From: Candidatus Moraniibacteriota bacterium
GTDB lineage: Bacteria; Patescibacteriota; Minisyncoccia; Moranbacterales; UBA2206
NCBI GenBank assembly: GCA_049304095.1
Contig: JBAQNU010000022.1
Coordinates: forward strand, 2,348-66,347
Length of the DNA: 64,000 nucleotides
Direction of reading: 5' to 3'
The notes below the pieces were generated by a model. It saw only the letters and a program-made list of their open reading frames with translations, did no database searches and was not told where the DNA came from. Made by a program: the position numbers and the translations under genes. This document shows positions 55,901 to 62,924 of the stretch, in pieces. The number at the start of each line of letters is the position of its first letter. Position 1 is the first letter of the stretch.

Positions 55901-58900
55901 GCACTGGGACTTCTGGCTCTACATTTGTTGCGGCAGTAAATGACGTTGCTTATTCAAGCGGTTATTATGCGGGGGCGGCTATGGCATTTGAAGCCAGAAA
56001 TTATGCGGAAACAGGAGCGTTGTCTAATAGAAACTTATTTAGTTGGACTAACTGGTATGCCAACAGTCCCTTAATGGTTATAAATCCGAGCGGTAATATT
56101 GGAATGGGATATTCGAATCCAGGAACAGCGAAACTAGCAATAAACGGCAACGTCGGCATCGGGACGACGAGTCCGGGGGGTAAAGTGGTTATTGCTGGTG
56201 GGGAGAGTAACACTGCATTATTGGGTGCAGTTGCTGGTAATACTTCTAACGCTTTAATCAATCTTGCCAGAAGTTCTGATGGTATAGTATTTCATGGATT
56301 AAGATTAGACGCTTCTGATAATTTGCATTTTGATTATCGTAAATCATCTGACGGAAGTCCACAAACAGCAATGACCATTGATAGAATAAGCGGCAACGTC
56401 GGCATCGGGACGACGGGACCAGGAGCAAAATTTCAAATCTACACCGGAGACGGAACAAGTGGTCTGCGCACCAGTCTCATCTGTTCTAACTCTACCACCA
56501 GCAAACTCTACACTGATGCCAATGGAAATATGATTTGTGGCACTGATCAAACTGGTAGTGGCACCGGAAATCTTGTTGATACTCTCTCTGCCACCTTAGG
56601 AGCAGGCAATGACGCTGGGGGACTGGGGATGATTAATCTGGGGAATGTGGGGATTGGGACGACGAGTCCCATCGCTAAACTCCATAGTGTTGTTGCTGAT
56701 GGTGTTTCCTTTGCAATAGGGCTTTCGGGCACCACAAAAGGACTTCGCGTAGAAGCAGATTCAACCTCAATGATTATCCGCGGAGTTGATACTACTCTTA
56801 CGGGTTCTTACCAACCACTTCGTTTTGGTGGATCTGATCTTCGTTTTGAAACAAATGGGACAACTGAAGCAATGCGGATTCTTTCAAATGGCAACGTCGG
56901 CATCGGGACGACATCGCCAAATACCGCACTTCATGTTCACTCTGCAAACGGAGTGGTGGATTCCTTTGGCAATCTGATGGTCTCCACTAATGATGCAGTG
57001 GCTATAAATAAAGGTGGATACCTTACTTTTGGAGGAAGCTGGGACGCAGGAGGCGGTTCGTCAACATTCGGTGGAATTGGCGGACGGAAAGAAAATGTTA
57101 CTTCCGGTGACGCCACAGGATATTTGATGTTCTCGACTTCAAATTCTGGTTCAACTTTGACTGAGAAAATGCGGATTACATCCAGTGGCAACGTCGGCAT
57201 CGGGACGACGGGGCCAGGGGCGAAGCTGGAAGTGGCAGGTGCTGGTTCTGCTAACACAATAAAACTTAAAGACACAACCAACCCTTACACTACACTTTTT
57301 ATGGGGGCACAGCAGTTCGTTACTAATCGAAGTCCAATAGATGGCGTTTTTGAAGATGTGAATAAAGCAGCCGCCAGTGTAATCTTAATTTCGGGAGTTG
57401 GAAATTCAGCCGTAACATTTAATACTCATACATCAAATAACACGAATCCATTGGAAAGGATGCGAATCAATGGCGACGGCAACGTCGGCATCGGGACACC
57501 GTCACCGTTGGCAAAACTTCATGTAGTAGGTAATTATGATAATGATGGTACTGGAGGTATTCTGCTTGATGCACTTTCTGGTTCTCCAGATATATATAGT
57601 TTAAGAATAAATCCTTTTGTTGTAGGTAGTCAAAAAGTTGGTTATCAATTCCAAACAAAAAGTGTATCTGGTGGGACAAATGTTCCATTGACATTTGATA
57701 ATAGTGGCAACGTCGGCATCGGGACGACGAGTCCGGGAGAAAAACTTTCTATCTTGACTGGTGCCTTAGAACTCAAAAGTAGTGCCTTTAATACATCAAA
57801 CAATAGAATCTATTTTACGAGACATCAAGTGGGTAGTACTTATGGCGGAATTGATTGGCGAGATAGTGCGGGTACGGTTCTATATCAAGTAGCGAGTGGT
57901 GTTTTGGTTGGTAATGGCATTGAATTTAACGAAGGAGACGGTGTTAATAATAGGATGTATATTCAACCCGGCGGCAACGTCGGCATCGGGACGACGGGAC
58001 CGAGTTCGAGGTTACATGTCCAGAGCGTTTCAGGGAGCACTGAAAATACACGTTTTGCAAATAATGATTTTGTTATTGGGTCTGTAGGTACAGAACTGAA
58101 AGTAAGTTTTGGAGCTGCAAGTGGTAACACGTATGCAATTTTGAATGCTTTGAATAGTGGTGAAACGGCATGGACTAATCTGGCCCTACAAACAGGCGGA
58201 GGCAACGTCGGCATCGGGACGACGGGGCCAGGGACAAAACTGCATATTTATGGTACCACGGCTGCTACCGTACAAACTATAGAAGGTGTTGGGGGCGGAG
58301 TGAGTGCTGGTCTTGTTATTAAAGCTGACACAACTGGGCAAGCTGGAATTCAACTTTATGAGAATAGTACGCAAAAATGGAACATATATAAAACCGCTGA
58401 TGCGAATGGCGATTTGCGCTTCTATTCGCTTGGAGCACTAGCTGATGTGTTGACGATAAAAGAAGCAAGTGGCAACGTCGGCATCGGCACGACGGGGCCA
58501 CTCAATCTTCTTCACCTGAAAAAAGGAACAAACTTAAATCTAATTTTAGGTAATCAAAATGTTCAAAGTGGAGCAACGGCCATGTCAATTGTGGCAATTG
58601 ATGATGGCTACACCACAAACATTCCATTGGAATTTCACGCTTCAAAGTTTTATTTCCATAGCGGCAACGTCGGCATCGGGACGACGACGCCGAATATCGG
58701 GCTGGAAGTCGTGAAAGATAATGGAAATGGTTGGACGGCTTTGTTTAGGAGCGCTGCCAGCAGTGAAGGCGTCTTTTTGGGAACAAGGTATACTCATGCA
58801 ACCGTTCAAGGCATCTCTGGTGATTTAGGTTCGCTCACAGATTTATTGATAAATCCACTCGGCGGCAACGTCGGCATCGGGACGGCGGGGCCGACATCTA

Positions 58901-61900
58901 AATTGCATATATATGGAGCTGATGACCCGACAAACGGCCAGCTGCGCATAGAAAGTTCTGGCGCTGACGCTCGTATCGAGTTGGATAATAGCAGCGCTAA
59001 TAGATATTCATTGAATTTCTCCGCTTCTGCAGGATATGAAGGTCTGCGGTTTATGTATAACAATTCCGATAAAGTGATCTTTGATGAAAACGGCAACCTC
59101 GGCATCGGGACGACGAGTCCGGGCTCTGCGTTGGATGTCAATGGTTCAATAAACATTCCTTCGACTGGTGATTACAAGATGAATAATATTGTTCGCATAG
59201 CTGGTGGAGGAACTTTTTATTCTGCTGTTGGTACGGCAGCAGCGCCGAGCTATGCTTTCGGTGCTGATGTGGATACTGGTTTATTTCTGACCGCATCCGG
59301 GTCTAACGCGATTGGATTTTCGACAGGTGGGACAGAGGCAATGAGAATAACTTCGGGCAACGTCGGCATAGGCACCACCACACCAGGAGCCACCTTGGAC
59401 GTAAATGGAAGAATATTTGGAGCAAACGGAACTGCTGCTTTACCAAGTATTTCATCACGTGGAGAAAACAATGCTGGATTATTCTTTGGCGATGACGGAG
59501 TTGGTTCGTATCTTGGTTTTTCTGCTGCAGGATCAGAAGGAATACGTCTTAATCGTTTTGGCAACGTCGGCATTGGTACGACGGCGCCAGGATCGTTATT
59601 CACAGTAGCGGGAACAATAAGATCAGACACAAGTGGAACCCCCGAAGTGTATCTAAATAAATCGGGGACTCGTGGATGGTCTATCCGTAACGATGGAGCG
59701 TTTAATATATATAATTGGGAAACTGCCACAAATCAATTGACGGTTTTGAATAGCGGCAACGTCGGCATCGGGACGACGACACCACAAACGAAACTCGATG
59801 TGGCAGGGACAATTCGCGCTACTGCTTATTCTACTCCTACTTCTGGTACGGGGGTTGAAATTTTATACGGAGCACAGGCTGCGAATACGGGAAATATAAT
59901 TGCATATGATAGAACTGCATCTGCATATAAACCGCTTACTCTTGATGGTTCAACGATATTGTTAAATGCGTACAACACAAGCGGCAACGTCGGCATCGGG
60001 ACGACGAGTCCGGGGGCGAAGTTAGATGTTCGTTCTGGTACTAACGCAACATTAAATTATCCGACAGGAGATTGGGCAGCAAAGGTTTTCATGCAAACAG
60101 ACGCTTCGACTTCAGGCGGATTAGTAGTTGGTAACAGATGGCAAGATAATACTTCAACAATATTTGAAGCAGGAAGTCTTTATGGAAGTGGTAGCGCATG
60201 GGCGTCTATGTTTGTGATCAAAGGTCAAGGCAACGTCGGCATCGGGACGACGAGTCCGGGGGCAACTCTTGATGTCAATGGGACTTCTATTATTCGAAAT
60301 AATACAATATGGAAGGCTGGAGCAGGAAACAATACTAATCTAATTAGTTATTCTGGTACAGATGATGGAATATTCCGCCAATATTCTGGTGGTATAATAA
60401 AAAATCAACTATTTGCTGCTGGGGACAGTTATTTCAATAGCGGCAACGTCGGCATCGGGATAGCGGGACCACAGGAGAAATTGACTGTTGCAGGTAATCA
60501 ATTATTTGCATTAGCTCCTGATGTTGGTTCCTATGGAAAATTGGAAGCAGCCTATGGAGGAAATATTGCAACTTATGGCGTAGCAGCAAATATTGATTTT
60601 TATAGACCCGTTGCAGGTAGCGGGAATGAGGGGGAAATAAGATTTAGTACTAACCCTGGAGGTGGTGGCGTTGGTAGTTTGACCCAACGAATGGTAATAG
60701 ATAAGAGCGGCAACGTCGGCATCGGGACGACGGGACCAACCAATCTTGTTGAAATTCAGGGCAATACTACAGGTACTGGTGGGACAGGTTCAGTTTTATA
60801 TGTAAAACAAAATGCTAGTTGGACAGCGAATGAGCCTTACTCACTAAATGTTTCAGGTTATTCAAACTTAAATGGATTCAGAATATCTGGACCGGGTGTG
60901 AGGAGTTTGTATAGTGGGGCTTCTGGTTCTCAGATTGAGTTTGCGACTCACTTTGGTTTTATTTCATTCGCTGGTGGTAGCCAAGGAACCGATCGGTATA
61001 TGACAATTCAAAACGGCGGCAATGTCGGCATCGGGACGACAGCTCCTGGTTACAAATTACAAGTCTACACCGGCACCGCCAATGGCTATGTTAATTCCGA
61101 TGGAACTTGGGGTTCCAGTTCTGATCTAAATTTGAAAAAAAACATCTCTTCTGTTTCTTCTGTCCTAAACAATGTATTAGCTCTTAATCCAGTTTTATAT
61201 AATTTCAAAACAGAAAGAAACGGAACAACTCCCCATATCGGTTTTGTTGCCCAAGAAGTGGAAAAACTCTTTCCCGAACTAGTCTCCACCGGACCAGATG
61301 GTATAAAGGGAATCAGCTATGCTATGTTTACCCCACTTCTCACTAAAGCGATTCAACAGCAACAAACTCAAATCACAGGCATTGCGGACAATCAAAACAA
61401 AATCGTCGAGCAACTGACCAATCAACTTTCCTATCAACTTGCGGACAAAACAATTTCCATCGATACTAAAATAAACCTGATTGGGGCGAGTCTGGACGAG
61501 TTAAACCAGGAACAATATGATCAACAAATCAAAAGAATAAAGGGGCAAATAGAGGATAATACCGGCAATTTAACGCTTTTGGATGCCAGATTGAAACTGT
61601 TGGAAACAGTGCTCACACTGGATAGTAATAACCTGAAAGTCATCGGTGATATTTCTGCCAACAACCTGACGCTCAGCGGAAAACTAGATGTGGACAGTGC
61701 GGTCGCCGGCGCCTTTGCTGTGAAAGTTAGCGCGGATAAACCTAAAACAATCGGTGAGGCATATATTTGCCCCGCAGGCTTCGCGGGAGATGCTTGTGAT
61801 ACGTCAGACGCTTCCAGCGATGGAAAATCAATCCTGGTGCAAACTTCAGCCGTCTCAGCCAGCGCCAAAATTTTTGTCACCCCCGAAAATGATACAAATG

Positions 61901-62022
61901 GTAGCGTTTGGGTGGAGAAAAAAAGTGACAATTCCGGGTTCAAAATTATGCTAAAACCATTGACGCCAATCCTCGAAAAGATTAAAATAAATTGGTGGAT
62001 TGTGGAGAAAATTTCGGACTAA
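52933..62022 (+). CDS. Giant (3029 aa) membrane-anchored fibre-like surface protein: N-terminal TM region, beta-helix-like Asn/Thr-rich segment, about 25 GNVGIGTT(S/G)PGAKL-type repeats, C-terminal phage-tail-fibre intramolecular-chaperone (peptidase S74-like) domain
   Basis: Three hydrophobic helices fall in the first 240 aa. About 25 repeat units of 65-105 aa each begin SGNVGIGTTxPxxKLxV. The C-terminus SSSDLNLKKNISSVSSVLNNVLALNPVLYNFKTERNGTTPHIGFVAQEVEKLFPELVSTGPDGIKGISYAMFTPLLTKAIQQQ matches the SD(x)RLKxNI...IGxIAQEVxxxxPExV...Y...LxxAxQ pattern of self-cleaving tail-spike/endosialidase chaperone domains. Confidence 0.85.
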   Translation: MGFIVEIIQNISAFVGQKVSTISTAISGIGEFFGGDFFTDLLAFFAVPFVLAKSFVLTVFSVIQKTTVDAFNSLGNFWEIIKNSLVDFGASISLVFQLIKNNVADLFAGLVVSLANSITAGELFVEALAKNISDFGALVFSVVKDSLTGFPYAVSATVIAGLLLAVVLLMLTEKILVVFDALDLMVIKKNVKQFFGKTIIKQRAEKQATPIVMPNVQPISFAQAFVVVSFLAFLAYSLPQKYQLASLSPWLQRSEGINSDAGETSQDGGYQGNMNLTPTEILGETTQETLSLLAESNPNLYQLLNAGVQRRSNATSLQLGMITINPQGQIFLLPKSISSREIKNYVIKNIDIADHAITSRTIKNHTIRSIDLKRELTIEELKIDHNLTVRGNLITEGTLIAVDMNLSGNLDLQDNLMLNIGNQNTDFTASGGLNLAGNLNINNNFLANATTGNITAGTYNGNTITNGTGTLTLNEHTLTLTNNTQLNQNLLTTSTPQFARLGLGVPADATNILTATSSSTTDLSKTLNISHTGIITGTGYAGYFSKTGASTTNVGLYTIATGATNNYALQVDSAVVGATNYTIYANGVAKNYFAGNIGIGDAAPGTNLSVIGNAQIGYASGTTVSAGTSLAISSNVGIGTTGPGAKLEVYGGMAYFTGLDSVNANGNGLGIFGGNDTGGIYMRGDNSGTNNLSLGTNIGDISFKTGSGAGTDRMIIQNGGNVGIGTTSPLANLHILGGASSNASMRMESGSGRYAGFQMYDGNIGNSWAVGHEFAATSNASLVFSYGNVGSESVVAKVSSTGGFTQIGSGVNSFVGNVGIGTTGPGYKLDVVGTSGNASVLRVSGDLYPEIALKYTNNAVDNLSALRFYDEANNWKWMIANYSDAYSTASMQNLFAIYQRTNSGDTNVNAYRLVIDNTGNVGIGTTSPGAKLDINDNSGGAEIPFKLRVSDNANDYWQISNATGGAGLFIPTFKTKVDTASYTGGLGGDGTGTSGSTFVAAVNDVAYSSGYYAGAAMAFEARNYAETGALSNRNLFSWTNWYANSPLMVINPSGNIGMGYSNPGTAKLAINGNVGIGTTSPGGKVVIAGGESNTALLGAVAGNTSNALINLARSSDGIVFHGLRLDASDNLHFDYRKSSDGSPQTAMTIDRISGNVGIGTTGPGAKFQIYTGDGTSGLRTSLICSNSTTSKLYTDANGNMICGTDQTGSGTGNLVDTLSATLGAGNDAGGLGMINLGNVGIGTTSPIAKLHSVVADGVSFAIGLSGTTKGLRVEADSTSMIIRGVDTTLTGSYQPLRFGGSDLRFETNGTTEAMRILSNGNVGIGTTSPNTALHVHSANGVVDSFGNLMVSTNDAVAINKGGYLTFGGSWDAGGGSSTFGGIGGRKENVTSGDATGYLMFSTSNSGSTLTEKMRITSSGNVGIGTTGPGAKLEVAGAGSANTIKLKDTTNPYTTLFMGAQQFVTNRSPIDGVFEDVNKAAASVILISGVGNSAVTFNTHTSNNTNPLERMRINGDGNVGIGTPSPLAKLHVVGNYDNDGTGGILLDALSGSPDIYSLRINPFVVGSQKVGYQFQTKSVSGGTNVPLTFDNSGNVGIGTTSPGEKLSILTGALELKSSAFNTSNNRIYFTRHQVGSTYGGIDWRDSAGTVLYQVASGVLVGNGIEFNEGDGVNNRMYIQPGGNVGIGTTGPSSRLHVQSVSGSTENTRFANNDFVIGSVGTELKVSFGAASGNTYAILNALNSGETAWTNLALQTGGGNVGIGTTGPGTKLHIYGTTAATVQTIEGVGGGVSAGLVIKADTTGQAGIQLYENSTQKWNIYKTADANGDLRFYSLGALADVLTIKEASGNVGIGTTGPLNLLHLKKGTNLNLILGNQNVQSGATAMSIVAIDDGYTTNIPLEFHASKFYFHSGNVGIGTTTPNIGLEVVKDNGNGWTALFRSAASSEGVFLGTRYTHATVQGISGDLGSLTDLLINPLGGNVGIGTAGPTSKLHIYGADDPTNGQLRIESSGADARIELDNSSANRYSLNFSASAGYEGLRFMYNNSDKVIFDENGNLGIGTTSPGSALDVNGSINIPSTGDYKMNNIVRIAGGGTFYSAVGTAAAPSYAFGADVDTGLFLTASGSNAIGFSTGGTEAMRITSGNVGIGTTTPGATLDVNGRIFGANGTAALPSISSRGENNAGLFFGDDGVGSYLGFSAAGSEGIRLNRFGNVGIGTTAPGSLFTVAGTIRSDTSGTPEVYLNKSGTRGWSIRNDGAFNIYNWETATNQLTVLNSGNVGIGTTTPQTKLDVAGTIRATAYSTPTSGTGVEILYGAQAANTGNIIAYDRTASAYKPLTLDGSTILLNAYNTSGNVGIGTTSPGAKLDVRSGTNATLNYPTGDWAAKVFMQTDASTSGGLVVGNRWQDNTSTIFEAGSLYGSGSAWASMFVIKGQGNVGIGTTSPGATLDVNGTSIIRNNTIWKAGAGNNTNLISYSGTDDGIFRQYSGGIIKNQLFAAGDSYFNSGNVGIGIAGPQEKLTVAGNQLFALAPDVGSYGKLEAAYGGNIATYGVAANIDFYRPVAGSGNEGEIRFSTNPGGGGVGSLTQRMVIDKSGNVGIGTTGPTNLVEIQGNTTGTGGTGSVLYVKQNASWTANEPYSLNVSGYSNLNGFRISGPGVRSLYSGASGSQIEFATHFGFISFAGGSQGTDRYMTIQNGGNVGIGTTAPGYKLQVYTGTANGYVNSDGTWGSSSDLNLKKNISSVSSVLNNVLALNPVLYNFKTERNGTTPHIGFVAQEVEKLFPELVSTGPDGIKGISYAMFTPLLTKAIQQQQTQITGIADNQNKIVEQLTNQLSYQLADKTISIDTKINLIGASLDELNQEQYDQQIKRIKGQIEDNTGNLTLLDARLKLLETVLTLDSNNLKVIGDISANNLTLSGKLDVDSAVAGAFAVKVSADKPKTIGEAYICPAGFAGDACDTSDASSDGKSILVQTSAVSASAKIFVTPENDTNGSVWVEKKSDNSGFKIMLKPLTPILEKIKINWWIVEKISD
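54825..61050 (+). repeat. Intragenic repeat array: about 25 copies of a near-identical 24-nt core GGCAACGTCGGCATCGGGACGACG spaced 200-300 nt
   Basis: The core is repeated with identical codon choice (GGC AAC GTC GGC ATC GGG ACG ACG), whereas the intervening sequence is divergent. It is GC-rich relative to the genome. Confidence 0.85.
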
Positions 62023-62033
62023 ATTTAGGGGGT

Positions 62034-62107
62034 GGCCATATCACGATTTCTCGCCAAAATGCCAAAATGTTGTGAAATCGTGAGATATGGGCGTTGTGAA
62101 ATCGTGA
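62034..62107. promoter_or_regulatory. Cluster of GAAATCGTGA decamer repeats (one inverted, two direct) just downstream of giant gene
   Basis: CCATATCACGATTTC...GAAATCGTGAGATATGG is an inverted pair. GTTGTGAAATCGTGA occurs twice, 24 nt apart. GCCAAAAT occurs twice in the loop. Confidence 0.4.
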
Positions 62108-62145
62108 TACGGGTCCATTATTGAAATGAAAGAAACACAACAAAA

Positions 62146-62166
62146 AAATCGACAAATTGTCGATTT
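62146..62166. repeat. Perfect 21-bp palindrome AAATCGACAA-A-TTGTCGATTT
   Basis: Intergenic. Another candidate protein-binding site. Confidence 0.35.
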
Positions 62167-62290
62167 GAGAGAAAAAAATAATATTGTAGGGACAGACCTC
62201 GTGTCTGCCCAGAAAGCTAGAACGCTCGAATCTCCACCCCCAACTTTTGTTTGAAAACTTGTTTTATCTGCCGAATCTCTTCTTTTATTT

Positions 62291-62576
62291 ACCCCCACAC
62301 CAATTATGTTTTACGTATACATCCTAAAAAGCAAAAAAGACAAAAACCTATACACTGGCTCGACAAATGATTTAGCAAGGAGATTTGCTGAGCACAATAG
62401 TGGCAAAGTTTTTTCAACAAAACTACGCAGACCTTTCGAACTGTTGTATTATGAAGCATATAAAGCAGAAGGAGATGCCAGAAAAAGAGAACATAACCTT
62501 AAACTAAGAAGCAGAGCATTGGCACAATTAAAAAAACGATTAGAAGCAAGTTTGCAAACATAATTGGTGTGGGGGT
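62291..62576 (+). mobile_element. GIY-YIG mini-cassette bracketed by perfect 18-bp inverted repeats
   Basis: ACCCCCACACCAATTATG at 62291-62308 and CATAATTGGTGTGGGGGT at 62559-62576. The left repeat contains the ATG and the right repeat contains the TAA of the enclosed ORF. Confidence 0.45.
62306..62563 (+). CDS. Stand-alone GIY-YIG nuclease-family protein (UPF0213/YhbQ-like)
   Basis: MFYVYILKS...KNLYTGSTNDLARRFAEHNSG carries the GIY...YIG and Arg/Glu/Asn catalytic core; 85 aa. Confidence 0.8.
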   Translation: MFYVYILKSKKDKNLYTGSTNDLARRFAEHNSGKVFSTKLRRPFELLYYEAYKAEGDARKREHNLKLRSRALAQLKKRLEASLQT

Positions 62577-62896
62577 GAATCTTCTTGTGCTTTGACATAG
62601 CCGTCAAGTGATATTTGACCATCGTTTATATCCGTTTTAAGTTCGTCTCTCACTCGATAAAGTTCAGCGCTTAATTCCTCTCGCACGTCATTAATATCAG
62701 ATTTCAGTTCATTTCTGACAATATGCAGTTCTTCCCTCAAATCAACTTCCAATTTATTAAAACGATCATCTACCTTGTTGAAGCGACCATCTACCTTGTT
62801 GAAGCGACCATCAATAGCACCCAAGATAATTTGAGTCTGTTCCGCAAGATCTTTATGGGTAACGTATGTAGTTTTAACTTTATTTTTCTTAAGCAT
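62540..62896 (-). CDS. Hypothetical coiled-coil protein containing a 21-nt tandem repeat (DGRFNKV x3)
   Basis: Heptad-rich 118-aa ORF. CATCTACCTTGTTGAAGCGAC is repeated 2.3 times at 62767-62812. The C-terminal codons run into the right inverted repeat of the GIY-YIG cassette. Confidence 0.4.
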   Translation of the reverse strand: MLKKNKVKTTYVTHKDLAEQTQIILGAIDGRFNKVDGRFNKVDDRFNKLEVDLREELHIVRNELKSDINDVREELSAELYRVRDELKTDINDGQISLDGYVKAQEDSPPHQLCLQTCF

Positions 62897-62924
62897 ATTT
62901 TAATTTTAGCGTAAGGCTAATCCC

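Noticed and set aside
53385-61943. Numerous minus-strand ORFs inside the giant gene (e.g. 56937-57281, 57963-58214, 58806-59156, 59250-59729) encoding PVVPMPTLP-type peptides
   Set aside because: They are the antisense reading of the GC-rich GGCAACGTCGGCATCGGGACGACG core. They fall entirely within a continuous 3029-aa sense ORF with coherent repeat structure.
62034-62107. Possible CRISPR-like array (GAAATCGTGA repeats)
   Set aside because: Only three copies of a 10-15-nt unit with irregular spacing, one in inverted orientation. No cas genes. Far too short for a CRISPR repeat.
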